From Mayamaea pseudoterrestris (lineage: Eukaryota): a DNA stretch of 64,000 bases. Below are positions 22,301 to 32,638 of this stretch, in pieces (position 1 is the first letter of the stretch; each line of letters begins with the position of its first letter). The notes under the pieces were generated by a model. The model was not told the DNA's origin and did not search any database. It saw only the letters and a list, made by a program, of their open reading frames with translations. The translations under genes were made by a program, and so were the position numbers. The stretch lies in assembly GCA_027923505.1 (NCBI GenBank), contig BROI01000004.1:992001-1056000 (forward strand), given 5' to 3'.

Positions 22301-23103
22301 AAGTTTATCATGGCGCTGCTGCCAAAGATCTTCATCAGCAAGCTGTCCCTCCCGTACAAGAAAAATCCTTGCAGAAGTTGAGGGAAATTTATCATGGTCC
22401 TGCTGCCAAAGCTAGCCACCAGCAAGCTGTCCCTCCCGGACAAGGTCAACAATACCCAGCTCCTTCGCTGACACTACCTCCTCCTGGCGTTAATTATGCG
22501 CATCATAGGAAAGCGGTGACAAACGAAAGTGTCAGTGTTGCGCATGAACCACCGCATTCGCGAGGAGCTTTAACCAAATCGACATCGAGTGATGTGAAGG
22601 CGAGGTCGGGTGTGCAACATCAAGATCAAACACTGGCACAACGAGGTCCGCAGCGGCACCAGCCGCATACGAATAAGCCGGTGACGGGTGGCACAAATGT
22701 TCGCCATAGTCAATTCCTTAAAGCAAATGTTCCTCCACCCATACATGGGCGTTATTCGTTTGCTGATCCAACTAATCGTGGGGCAAGCTCTTTGCCTACA
22801 TTGAGCGAAACGCGTATGCCTCGCGATATCTTACCTTTCCCTTCAGTGACGGAGCAAATAATAATGGAGCCATCCATGCGAGCTGCTTTCAGCGACCAGC
22901 CACAATTCTTGGTGTTCTTGCAAACAAGAAGAATTATGACCAGCAGCAGCTTTTTTAACATTTCATCTGATGCTCTTGCTCATGGTTGGGCTCAACACTT
23001 GGGTCAACCATCTGCGGATTCAGTAATAAGAGATTTTGTGGGCGCTTTGAAGTTTCGATTGGGTGATTACCTGCGAAAGTGTGATATCAAAAACAACGTG
23101 TAG
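19319..23103 (+). CDS. chromatin protein: ELM2-SANT-like region, PHD finger, PDZ-like domain; intron 20019-20101
   Basis: MVGSSFQSAIP..IWDPS (ELM2); IQYYRWKK (SANT); CAKCHDGGDLVLCDKCNKAYH (PHD); GLGVSF..NDEVLEVEG (PDZ-like). A GTGAGT..TTACAG intron joins ORFs 19223 and 20212 in frame. Confidence 0.8.
22192..22443 (+). repeat. three 84-bp coding tandem repeats (28 aa)
   Basis: ETSVQRLRDVYHGPAVKDRHQQAVPPGQ x3 with divergence. Confidence 0.9.
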
Positions 23104-23177
23104 CTCCGCATGTGATTCTACATTAGGCAAAATCTAGTCTATTTCTCGATTGTAATGTGTCTATGCGTGCACTATTT

Positions 23178-25586
23178 TTATTGATAAGTGGAGTGATCAC
23201 GCACTTGCGTCATGAATTGAAATAGCTCATTGTCGATGAGACTATTTCGATTGGACAGTATGGACCGACTGCTTTCCTGACGACCCAAACTTCGCAACGC
23301 CGGAGACTCGCATGAAGTACTCTCCCGGTTTTTATTAAGTAATGCGGCGCGCAGTGCCTCATTCTCTTTCTGCAGCCGATCATTTGTTTCTAAAAGCGAC
23401 TCATTGACGGCGGCAAGCTTTAGATTTTCCATGTTGACAACTTGAGCTGGTTTCGTCACGCTGCTATCGGTGATCTTGATTGTTAATGGAAGTGGATAGC
23501 TCATTTTCTCAATGACCTGTTTGCCTTTCTTTTTCGAGGCATACACCATATCGTTGAGCGTCTTCATTGGACTGAATTTAAACATGTCGGGATGCAAGGG
23601 AGGCTCAGGTACAGCCACATCACTCTGTGAGGGCGCTCGTATCGTTTCCTCGTCTCCACAAAATACCCGAGGTTGAGCGCAATCTCGAGTGAAATGCTTC
23701 GAAACACCTGGAGGATAATCAGATGTATTGCTCCTTCCGTAAACTCCAGTCGGCGCAGAGAATTGATACAGCATTGTCGAGTCTGCTACGGCATAGGCAG
23801 CTTCAAGTGGAGCACTAGGCTCTGGACTTCCAACGGAGGCCATGTAGGCTGGCGCCAGCGGCGGAGGCAATGGAACGTACGAGTTGTCATCTTCCGAGTC
23901 CGAGTAGGAGACATTTCGGATTCCAGGAGCAACGGCGACAGGCTTTGTCCGGAGAACATCAACCTTCTTCGTCAACTTCCTCCTCGGATTCAACGAGCCT
24001 TCGTCGTCCGCATCCGAAGGGAGCGCAATGGGAATCTTATTTTCTTTGCGTCGCGACTTTTCTCGCTTACAAGTCGGTCGTACGGATTCCTTTCTCGTGC
24101 CCGTCGATGATGCTCGATTCTTGACGACGAGTCCAGTGCATACTTTGAGCGGGGCACCGCAAAAGAACACTGACACATCATTCATCAGTGCCTTCTTTTC
24201 GACAAAGTCACGATGTCCAGTATATGCAGTGACAATTAGTCGGACAAAGGTTGCGTGAGCCGTTGCGCCAAAGAGAGGCTGCAGTAGCATGGTGAGCTTG
24301 TGTTGGCGGTAAGGGACCTTTTTGAGATTGAGACTTTGCCGCCGCATCGATTTGTCATCATCCATTTGCGATTCAAGCGAGCAGCCATCGTCACTGTAGG
24401 AGCTGTTGATTGCTGCTGCTGCGGCGCCACGAGTCGATGAAGCAATTTCTTGATTGTGTTGAAGCGTCGTCAAACAGTGCATGACGGCGGCATGCCCATC
24501 ATTGACACTTGGGAGCACCGTCTCCTTGCTCCGATTGCCGCGAATCTGCTTTGACAGTTTCACCGATGGATTATCGTAGCTGGCCATGTCCAAGACGCCG
24601 ACGATGCCGCCCGTTTGAACAATTTTGTCAGTCACGCGGTCCAACAGAATTGGCTGCACCGTGGCGTAAACGTGCGACTGGTATCGCTTCGCGTTGGACA
24701 AGCGAGACGTTTGCTTCAACGCAGACTGCAACGTTTCACGTGCTTGCACCTCGCTCCGACATTCTTTGACGTGTGCATTGACAACCTTGTAGTCGGAGGT
24801 GACGGAGTCCTGCTGCACGAAAATGTCAACGTGACTGCTGCGGCTGCTCTTCTTGGCTGCGCTAGCATTGCTTTGCTTCAAGTGTTGATTGACTGGTGAC
24901 TTGCCTGCCGACGTGCAGCCAAACAGCGCCGACGCCTTCGGAAGCGCTGACATGGCCGTGGTGGCCGAAAATGTTCCAGCGGCTGGCGTCTGCAACAAGT
25001 CGTGAATCTGACAATCCTGTGGCTTGGTGCGGTTCTGATTCACTTGCAGTAGCGTCACGTTGACTGCAAACGCATGCTTGCTATTTTTGTAAACTTGGTG
25101 CTTGTATTGTCGAAACAAACTGTCAATCATGAGCGGCAGCAGGCCATCGCTTTCCGTCTTGCGAGCGTGAATGGACGTTCCGCCCCACGCCGTAAACGTT
25201 TTACCCGATCCAGAGGCTCCCATGGTAACGAGTAAATGATTCTTGGTTGCCATGGTTGGATCCTTGATGCGCTCCATGACGCTCAAGGCGGCAGGATGGC
25301 CGTGAGCAGCATATAATGTGTCTTGATCGGACGACGAGTCTGGCCACAAGACGCTATTAAAGCGATAGTCGGCATCGACAGAAGATCTGGCTACATTTGG
25401 AGATAGCGTCTGACGAACCAAGGCTGAGCTTGGCGATAGTAGATTGATGTGTGGAGGATGCAGGACGACGGTGTTTGGTGCATCGGAAATTGGTTCAATG
25501 AGCACCGGATCGTCCCTCTCCTTCTTTTGGTGGGCTCGCAAGCGGAACACCGTCTGGATCTCAACGAATCGCTGTGTTTTTGTCAT
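23178..25586 (-). CDS. divergent kinesin-like protein (N-terminal motor-like domain, C-terminal coiled coil)
   Basis: VFRLR, YRFNSV, P-loop GASGSGKTFT, IHDLL, VPYRQHKLTMLLQP; switch motifs are degenerate. The MTKTQRF start is inferred. Confidence 0.8.
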   Translation of the reverse strand: MTKTQRFVEIQTVFRLRAHQKKERDDPVLIEPISDAPNTVVLHPPHINLLSPSSALVRQTLSPNVARSSVDADYRFNSVLWPDSSSDQDTLYAAHGHPAALSVMERIKDPTMATKNHLLVTMGASGSGKTFTAWGGTSIHARKTESDGLLPLMIDSLFRQYKHQVYKNSKHAFAVNVTLLQVNQNRTKPQDCQIHDLLQTPAAGTFSATTAMSALPKASALFGCTSAGKSPVNQHLKQSNASAAKKSSRSSHVDIFVQQDSVTSDYKVVNAHVKECRSEVQARETLQSALKQTSRLSNAKRYQSHVYATVQPILLDRVTDKIVQTGGIVGVLDMASYDNPSVKLSKQIRGNRSKETVLPSVNDGHAAVMHCLTTLQHNQEIASSTRGAAAAAINSSYSDDGCSLESQMDDDKSMRRQSLNLKKVPYRQHKLTMLLQPLFGATAHATFVRLIVTAYTGHRDFVEKKALMNDVSVFFCGAPLKVCTGLVVKNRASSTGTRKESVRPTCKREKSRRKENKIPIALPSDADDEGSLNPRRKLTKKVDVLRTKPVAVAPGIRNVSYSDSEDDNSYVPLPPPLAPAYMASVGSPEPSAPLEAAYAVADSTMLYQFSAPTGVYGRSNTSDYPPGVSKHFTRDCAQPRVFCGDEETIRAPSQSDVAVPEPPLHPDMFKFSPMKTLNDMVYASKKKGKQVIEKMSYPLPLTIKITDSSVTKPAQVVNMENLKLAAVNESLLETNDRLQKENEALRAALLNKNRESTSCESPALRSLGRQESSRSILSNRNSLIDNELFQFMTQVRDHSTYQ

Positions 25587-25795
25587 TATGATAGTTGTTT
25601 TAAATTTAAATGATATGAAAAGAGGTAGAATGGTAATGACTCTTGGCTCGTCTTGTTCGTGTGGAGCGTTCCGAGTCGATATTGGCGATCTCAAAATGTC
25701 GTAGCGCGACTAACGGTTGCCCGCGCAGCGCGCGCGCCGAGCTCATCGTTTCGGCGATTTCTTCCATCACAATTCGCACACCGACACCCTCCACC

Positions 25796-27964
25796 ATGGC
25801 GGACACTACTCCCATGCAGTCAAACGCATCCATAATGCCCCAGGACGAGAATACGGATCCCATGACTAGCTATGGTCGCCATAGTTTGGCAGTAATGAGT
25901 GCCACTCCCATCAAAGCGGTCAATAATGCCGTTAATTCAACCTCATCATGCAAGTCTGACAAGTTGCCGCCCTTTGTCACGTCGCGGCAGCGACGTTCAT
26001 TGCCGGCCACGCTCCAAACTGCAATTCACTCATCACCATTTAGTCTTGGCTACTCGTTGTCACCTGAAGATGCGTCGTCGAATGAACAACCAGCGCATGG
26101 CAGCAGAGGCGCACGAACCAAGCTCCTTCTGTCGCCCAAAAGTCCATGGACCTACACCAACGAGCCATCAAGTGAACTCAAATTGTCTCTTTGGGAGAGT
26201 CTCTCTCCTCGTCAGCAAGAATTCTTGAACATGGCCATGGCGGAGCGGCCAAATGTGGATGGAACTATTACACCACGCAACTCCATTGTTGCCTTTCAGC
26301 GCGACTCGACGGATCCACTGTCGCCTCTCGAATCGCCCAATACTTGTATCCAACACAAAGCGGTTACTGCCAGCGGAGCGTTTGTGAACGATGCGAGTCG
26401 ACAAGAGCTTCGTAGAGAACACCATCCGCGTCAAAATCAGCAAGTCGACTGCTACGACAGCTCGGTTGCCCCGTCCATTGCTCCAGATGAAAACGAAGAA
26501 GACTCACTAATGAGCTTTGTCACTGCAGCGCAGCATTCATGTGATTGGACGAGTCATGATCACGTGAACAAGCCGCCGCTGGTGCCCGCAACTCACAAGT
26601 CAGTCAATGACAAGAATGCGTACAAACCATTGGCTGCAACATTGCCCTCTACCACCGGGGTGTCTATTAGTGTCGATAGCAATCCAAATCTTCCTATCGC
26701 TGCATCTCCATTCCATCGCAGAAGCGATTCGCCACGTTACAAGTCACGACGCCCTCCTACCTTTGGCCATCAGTCGTCACCATGGTCGGCTTCATCGAGC
26801 ACAATGGATCGATCGTTCGGCTCGTACTACGACAAGTTAGAAAGCTTGGACGAAAAGTCAATTACTCACGGACCGATGTCGCAAGCCCACTCACTTGCGT
26901 ATACGCCCATGTCGAGAACTTCCTTTTCAGATGATCAATCTCCGTGCTCAACCAGAGTCCATACGCCCGTCTTTGACGGCTTTGGATCGGGAGGAAAATG
27001 CCGCCGCCGGCAGAGTCGCAGGCTTGATAGCATGACGATGCGTCTTCCAACGCCTCCTTCGTCGCTGCGAAAAGACCAACAGTATGAGAGTCAAGCTGGC
27101 AATGTTCGAAGCGTTGTGCAGCCTCGTACCCACCTGCAGCAATCACCATTGGCACAAGCTCCCCAGATTAAATCGGCCACGCCACGTCTTGGCGACGGCC
27201 GGGCGTTTGTTACTGATGAAGATGATGTTGCGACTGCGAGCGACGAAAGTGGTGCCCGACTAGTGAAATGTTCATCAGTACAGACTGCCACAGGCACTCC
27301 GAAATCCGTCGAGCACATGGCGCCTCCACAAATATGCTGCGCGGATATCGGCACTGAAAAGAATGTTCCACGGGACGTGCGTCAAGAAGGCACACTGGAA
27401 ACCCCTTCAGATCTCATGGCTTACCACAGTAGTGGGCTAGATCCAGAGTTCCTGGCGAGTTATTCGGGTCCGCAAGAGCTTCCTACATATAGCGGACGCA
27501 CCATCCTTTGCGCAATTCAAGAGGAAGTTGTCGTGTCACGGGAGACGCCGTTGCCTCTTGTTTCCAAACTCGACGAACTGGAATCACTAAACGCACAACT
27601 AGCATTCGAAAAGCGTGTCGTGGAGGCAAAGCTGTTTGCTTTGCGCAAGGCGCCTGAAGCAAGGTTGACGCCATTCCAAGACGTGTTTGACAATGCGCGA
27701 AGACTGCGTGCCCAGCGAGAGGCTGATATGAAACGGCACAAGGACGAAATGGAACGCTTAAAGACCCACCATGCAAAGGAGTTGGGGGAAGCGATGGGGC
27801 TAGCAGCGTTGGTAGCTGGAAGATTGGAGGAGGCAGGTACTCTAATCCACGCCCTCAAAGCTTCTTTAGCATGTTCCGAGGAGGAAAAACTGCAGTTGCA
27901 AGCTATGTTAGATGACACATCTAATTGTTATCAGGCAGCCGCCAACGCCAATATTGGACAATAG
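25796..27964 (+). CDS. hypothetical SP-rich disordered protein with C-terminal coiled coil
   Basis: Long ORF; ATG in ccaccATGG context; many SP/TP sites; heptad-rich C-terminus. Confidence 0.7.
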   Translation: MADTTPMQSNASIMPQDENTDPMTSYGRHSLAVMSATPIKAVNNAVNSTSSCKSDKLPPFVTSRQRRSLPATLQTAIHSSPFSLGYSLSPEDASSNEQPAHGSRGARTKLLLSPKSPWTYTNEPSSELKLSLWESLSPRQQEFLNMAMAERPNVDGTITPRNSIVAFQRDSTDPLSPLESPNTCIQHKAVTASGAFVNDASRQELRREHHPRQNQQVDCYDSSVAPSIAPDENEEDSLMSFVTAAQHSCDWTSHDHVNKPPLVPATHKSVNDKNAYKPLAATLPSTTGVSISVDSNPNLPIAASPFHRRSDSPRYKSRRPPTFGHQSSPWSASSSTMDRSFGSYYDKLESLDEKSITHGPMSQAHSLAYTPMSRTSFSDDQSPCSTRVHTPVFDGFGSGGKCRRRQSRRLDSMTMRLPTPPSSLRKDQQYESQAGNVRSVVQPRTHLQQSPLAQAPQIKSATPRLGDGRAFVTDEDDVATASDESGARLVKCSSVQTATGTPKSVEHMAPPQICCADIGTEKNVPRDVRQEGTLETPSDLMAYHSSGLDPEFLASYSGPQELPTYSGRTILCAIQEEVVVSRETPLPLVSKLDELESLNAQLAFEKRVVEAKLFALRKAPEARLTPFQDVFDNARRLRAQREADMKRHKDEMERLKTHHAKELGEAMGLAALVAGRLEEAGTLIHALKASLACSEEEKLQLQAMLDDTSNCYQAAANANIGQ

Positions 27965-28432
27965 ATTGCTGCTCATAATATTAAGTTCGATTGGATTTTG
28001 AAGTACTGGCGCTGTACTACTGTAGTAATGTTGTCCCGAAGTTGACTGACTGTATTTTTATGAGCAGTAGCGAAACCTTACCGCTAGTAGCAGCACCATA
28101 TATCCCTAACACTAATATTCTGTACTCTAACCGACAATGGCGAGGGGTGAGCTTTGCAGCTCAGTACCTTAACAAGCTGACAAGACCCAACCTCCGCACA
28201 AAACGCATCATCTGAAGCGCGCGCCTCACACATCAGAGTTTCCAGCCTTCTAAAAGGGTCCAGCGACAGTAAAGCAGTGACCCGTGCAGCCCAAATTCAT
28301 GCCTGGGGTTGGATTTTGTTGAGCCTTCTTTTGCAGCTGATCTTACCAAGCTAAAAGGACATCTGCTAAACCTGCTCCATCCACCAAGCTCCATCCACTG
28401 CCACAAAAACCCCTGTGCGTTAGTCACTGCCA

Positions 28433-29863
28433 ATGCAGATTACCCTGTATAAATGCCATACAATAATGACAATTCTTTTGCCTTGCCTGTACGGGCCCAT
28501 AAAGTGCCAAGCAAACAACGATCATGTTGGAACACATTTGTTCGCACCTATCGTGTGGAACCACCCACTGATGAAGATATACGCAACGGTAAGGTCAAAG
28601 CAGTCTTATTGTTTTTACATCATTTATAGCATCTCATTTGAGAAGTTTTTCTTTCCAGCTTCAGAAAACTTGCCCCATACACTGCAGCAACAGCAGCCTT
28701 CTACAAAACGCAAAGCGTTGGTCACAGCCAACGTCACAAAGTCTTCAAAACCAAGAATTAAGGCACTCAAGCAAAGTGATCAACAAGGCAAAGAGTTGAC
28801 TAAAACGCAACGTAAGTCTGCCATAAATAAATCCAGTCTCACTTCACACAAGCAGACTTCAATACGCATACATTTAAAGGCATACCCTAACTATCAACTG
28901 CAAATGAGTCCTACGTCACAGTCACTCCATGATGCAACACTTGATTTGGAGTTCAATACAAGGGTCTACATGAATGTGAACAATAAAACAAGCAAAAAAT
29001 TGACACACAGATGCATCCCTTACAACTTTGTGAGTACCGCTGATAAGCTGGCACTGGTACCACATAGCCACATGCACATCTCAAACTGGCAAACAGCCTC
29101 CACCATCAATTACCATTCCAAGTGTACTAGGAATATGATGGAAAGGAACATCAGTACAACTGATGCACCAATTTGGTCAAAGGCATTTGATAGAGCAAAG
29201 TGCACCATGATGGTTGGCCGTACTTTCCAATGTGCCATCCCACCACGTCAGGTATGGGCACATGCAAGCACCACTCCTTTGGCTGGAGGCACTTGCATTT
29301 GGGATCCTTCCAAGGCAGAGCAAGCAAAGAGCAATGGTGAGCCGATTGATGAGTTCATGGGCATGAGCCGATCACTAGAGTTGCAGACCCTAAAGATGGA
29401 AGCACTGCATTCCACTGGCTATAGTGTGCAGGATGCAAAAATGCATTTGCTGGTGCATGCACAAGTAATTGATGATGCTGCAAGGAACTCTTTCACTGCC
29501 AAAGAAGGATACTTGTTCCAACAACTAATTTTCCATGATCAAGCAAGGGGAATTACTAAAGACTTTCATAGGATTGCCCGACTCATGGGATGCTCCTTGA
29601 AGTCCTTACTTGTCCACTACTACTCCTGGAAAGTGGCAAATCCACTTGCATATCATGTTTTAAAATCTAGAAGCGGCGAACCAGACGCGTGTGCAATTTG
29701 CGGAGAAGGCGGTAACTTGCTGCTCTGTGACAATTGTAACAAGGCCTTTCACTGGAAGAACTGCCTGCCCAGGCCTCTGAGTGTGTTGCCAATGGAAGAT
29801 GAAGCATGGTACTGCTATTCGTGTACCCAGAGCTCACCTGCACGACTGCGAAGGCTCTGCTGA
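28433..29863 (+). CDS. truncated paralog (possibly pseudogene) of the ELM2-SANT-PHD gene at 19319
   Basis: PIWS..MMVG..FQCAIPPRQVW..IWDPSKAEQAKS.GEPI.EFM..LQTLKMEALH matches ~20570-20830; the ORF ends right after the PHD; CpG-poor. Confidence 0.65.
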   Translation: MQITLYKCHTIMTILLPCLYGPIKCQANNDHVGTHLFAPIVWNHPLMKIYATVRSKQSYCFYIIYSISFEKFFFPASENLPHTLQQQQPSTKRKALVTANVTKSSKPRIKALKQSDQQGKELTKTQRKSAINKSSLTSHKQTSIRIHLKAYPNYQLQMSPTSQSLHDATLDLEFNTRVYMNVNNKTSKKLTHRCIPYNFVSTADKLALVPHSHMHISNWQTASTINYHSKCTRNMMERNISTTDAPIWSKAFDRAKCTMMVGRTFQCAIPPRQVWAHASTTPLAGGTCIWDPSKAEQAKSNGEPIDEFMGMSRSLELQTLKMEALHSTGYSVQDAKMHLLVHAQVIDDAARNSFTAKEGYLFQQLIFHDQARGITKDFHRIARLMGCSLKSLLVHYYSWKVANPLAYHVLKSRSGEPDACAICGEGGNLLLCDNCNKAFHWKNCLPRPLSVLPMEDEAWYCYSCTQSSPARLRRLC

Positions 29864-29877
29864 TGGAGCATTCTTTG

Positions 29878-30046
29878 AAGTCTTCCGCATGGGGTACTTG
29901 GCAAACTCCAAGGACATGCTAAACAACCAAATTCAAGTGACCAATGAATGGGTTGCTTGCGTCCAACTTGGGAGACCAGCGGCGCTGACGCCTTGTGATG
30001 TGCAATCACCCATGGGCCACATTTTGTCAGGACTGTATGGAGTGAC
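29878..30046 (-). pseudogene. diverged ~170-bp duplicate of part of the adjacent amine oxidase gene (30313-30482)
   Basis: VTPYSPDKMWPMGDCTSQGVSAAGLPSWTQA versus VTPYSPDEMWPAGDYTPQGVSAAGLPSWTQA. Confidence 0.9.
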
Positions 30047-30179
30047 GCTACTTCCAGTGTATGGCAAGTGGAAATTGCTACATGCGTCAGTGAAAATACC
30101 TGGGCTATTGATAATGCACAATATTGCAGTAAATTTATTCCTACTTTGGAATTTGTGTGATATGATGATCAACAAGGTG

Positions 30180-32192
30180 TCACGCAGAGCAGCATTGGCT
30201 AGCCAACTTGCTGGCCCCATTCACTTCTGGGATCAAATCAATTGCTGGATTACCTGCAAAAAAGTTGTCTGGTTTGAGCGTAAAGCCACTCACCTCGCAT
30301 GGCATAATGGGAAAGTCTTCCGCACGAGGTACATGGCAAACTCCAAAGACATGCCACATAACCAGATCTTCATCAACCAAGGATCGGTTTGCTTGCGTCC
30401 AGCTTGGGAGACCGGCGGCGCTGACGCCTTGTGGCGTGTAATCGCCTGCGGGCCACATTTCGTCTGGACTGTACGGAGTGACCCACAAGTTGGCCTTGGC
30501 GAAAGCTCCCTTCATTGCCACCGCGCATGATGGATCAACCAAGAGAGTTGGTTGCGCAGGGCCTTTTGTAAAAGGAATTAGCTTGTAAGCCGTTGCCTTC
30601 CCATTCACAGAATTGGTCTTGCCCATCGCGTTCGAGATTTTCCAGACGCGTGCCTTGGTCATGTCCGCGATACGAATAGCATTCTTCTCAAAGTCTAGCT
30701 GCGTTTCAACTGTATAAAAGGCATTGCCGTACGGGTTCTTGACGGGATCAAGCTCCGCGGAAACCACGTCAATTTCGCTGACATTGTTGCGCTGCCCGTC
30801 GACCGCCATGTCCAATCGTGCACAAAACATGTGCTGATGGATCTGCGCGTTCACACAAGGAGCGACCATGACACCGTGCGTTGGATGGTCGCCTTCCTGC
30901 GCGGACAACAAGTTGGTGGACAGCTCGCCTGATAACTTGATCTCATAATCAATGGTTCCATCCTGCTTGAAGCGCCAGTAGAACAAGTACTCGTAGTTGA
31001 CGACTGTTGCGACAAAGGAAACAACCAACTCGCGCGACCGACGCGACTCATTGTGCCCGTTGCGATAGTCTACATGCTTGTAGAGTAGTCCGCCATCCTC
31101 CTCGTGCATGCAAATCACCTTCTTCTTATTCTGCGGCGTTCCGGTTGAATCGACTAGAACGGCGTCAAAGTAGTAAATCTTGCCGAGGCAGTCACATCCA
31201 AGCTCGAGCGAGTTGCTGGAGAATCCTAATCCGTAGTCACCCACGTCCATGGCACACTTGCGCTGATGGGGCGGATATGGATCCGCGTAAGGCACGGCCA
31301 TTTCCACCAACGACGCTCGATGCAGAATGGATCGATTCTGAAACTGCACGTCGTGCAACACGAGGCCTTCGCGGTAGTTGAATCCAACGCGAAACGACCA
31401 CTTTTGCCAGTCGACATGGTAGCCATCCGTGACGGTAAAGGAATGTCCATCGGGCTGTATAATGTCCAGCGCCTTTAACGTTTCCGACCGCCACTCCGTC
31501 TGCAGGTACGAGTTGGTGTGCAGCAAGTCGCGATGATACTGCACCGCATCGGTTGGAATCTTTGGGGCTGGCAAGCGATCGAGTCCATCAATGCGAACCA
31601 GCTGGCGCGTGTTCAAATTAACAATGGGCAAAATGTCGATGGGATGTGCGTAGTGATTATCCTCCAATCCGTTGCCGTAGCAACGCAGGTACAAGAATGT
31701 TTGCACCAATTGCGCCGGCTTGTCGCCATTGTAGTTGACCAACTGCGTATCTTCGTGCGATGCCAAGTGAATGCTCCACGGGTCGCAGGCAACGCGCGAA
31801 ACGTCAATGTTGTAGCGCTCTAGCAAGGCGTGTTTGACTTGGTTGGACGTCTTGACAATTTGCTCGGCCAAGTCGCAATCGTCTGGAGTCAACATGGGCT
31901 GAGTTCCTGGAGGGAGCGTCTTGGATGATACAATGGTTGCGTCGCCTTCATCCAGCTGAACAATATACTCCGTCGCTAAACCAGTCACTGGATTGAGCGT
32001 CAGAACAAAGGCTTGACGAAACGTTACTTCCAAAGCGAGCACCTGGGCCTTGGGTGGCTCGTGAAGCGAAACGGCAACGAATCGAAGCTTGTCTGCCAAT
32101 GGATCATCGGCAAACGTAACGCTGACGCTTGTGCGGATCGCATCAACGGCGGCTTGTACTTCGGAAATTGACAGTGGATCGAGTGGATGCAT
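30180..32192 (-). CDS. copper-containing (TPQ) primary amine oxidase
   Basis: HPLDPLS N-terminus, VVNYEY (TPQ site), HQH and HVPRAEDFPIMP Cu ligands, LGCDCLG. The MHPLDP start is inferred. Confidence 0.95.
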   Translation of the reverse strand: MHPLDPLSISEVQAAVDAIRTSVSVTFADDPLADKLRFVAVSLHEPPKAQVLALEVTFRQAFVLTLNPVTGLATEYIVQLDEGDATIVSSKTLPPGTQPMLTPDDCDLAEQIVKTSNQVKHALLERYNIDVSRVACDPWSIHLASHEDTQLVNYNGDKPAQLVQTFLYLRCYGNGLEDNHYAHPIDILPIVNLNTRQLVRIDGLDRLPAPKIPTDAVQYHRDLLHTNSYLQTEWRSETLKALDIIQPDGHSFTVTDGYHVDWQKWSFRVGFNYREGLVLHDVQFQNRSILHRASLVEMAVPYADPYPPHQRKCAMDVGDYGLGFSSNSLELGCDCLGKIYYFDAVLVDSTGTPQNKKKVICMHEEDGGLLYKHVDYRNGHNESRRSRELVVSFVATVVNYEYLFYWRFKQDGTIDYEIKLSGELSTNLLSAQEGDHPTHGVMVAPCVNAQIHQHMFCARLDMAVDGQRNNVSEIDVVSAELDPVKNPYGNAFYTVETQLDFEKNAIRIADMTKARVWKISNAMGKTNSVNGKATAYKLIPFTKGPAQPTLLVDPSCAVAMKGAFAKANLWVTPYSPDEMWPAGDYTPQGVSAAGLPSWTQANRSLVDEDLVMWHVFGVCHVPRAEDFPIMPCEVSGFTLKPDNFFAGNPAIDLIPEVNGASKLASQCCSA

Positions 32193-32638
32193 GGTTTTGT
32201 AATGTGACGAAAGCCAAGATGAGGCAACGACCAAGATTCCTTCGAAAAAGTGGGAAGCATGGAAAGATCTCGCTCCAAGCTGGCTGGCGTGTTCCACAAA
32301 TCTTTGCGCGCCGGGCGGGCAGCCTTGCTTTTGCGATGGCTGCGAATCATGCCGCGACAATGCTCAGATAGGTAGACTGTTCCATGCCACCAGATATGTC
32401 TTGATAGTGAGAACAACGCGCTGTTCTCAGATGTGATAGTTGGATTTTGTGAACGGAGTTGTAGATGGAGGTAAGATGGTGCAACAATGTCTCAAAGTGC
32501 TGGCTACCGGTAGAGGCAGCCCCTCATCAAAATGACAGTAAGCAGGAAGTACATCTTGAATCATGATTGGCAGAACACAAACAAAATAGAAATTTCCCCA
32601 GTGGCAGGTGACAAGTTGTAAAGATCGGCTTTTAATAT

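Noticed and set aside
24830..24860. SSRSSH as kinesin switch I
   Set aside because: Lies in a low-complexity insertion upstream of where switch I should fall in motif order.
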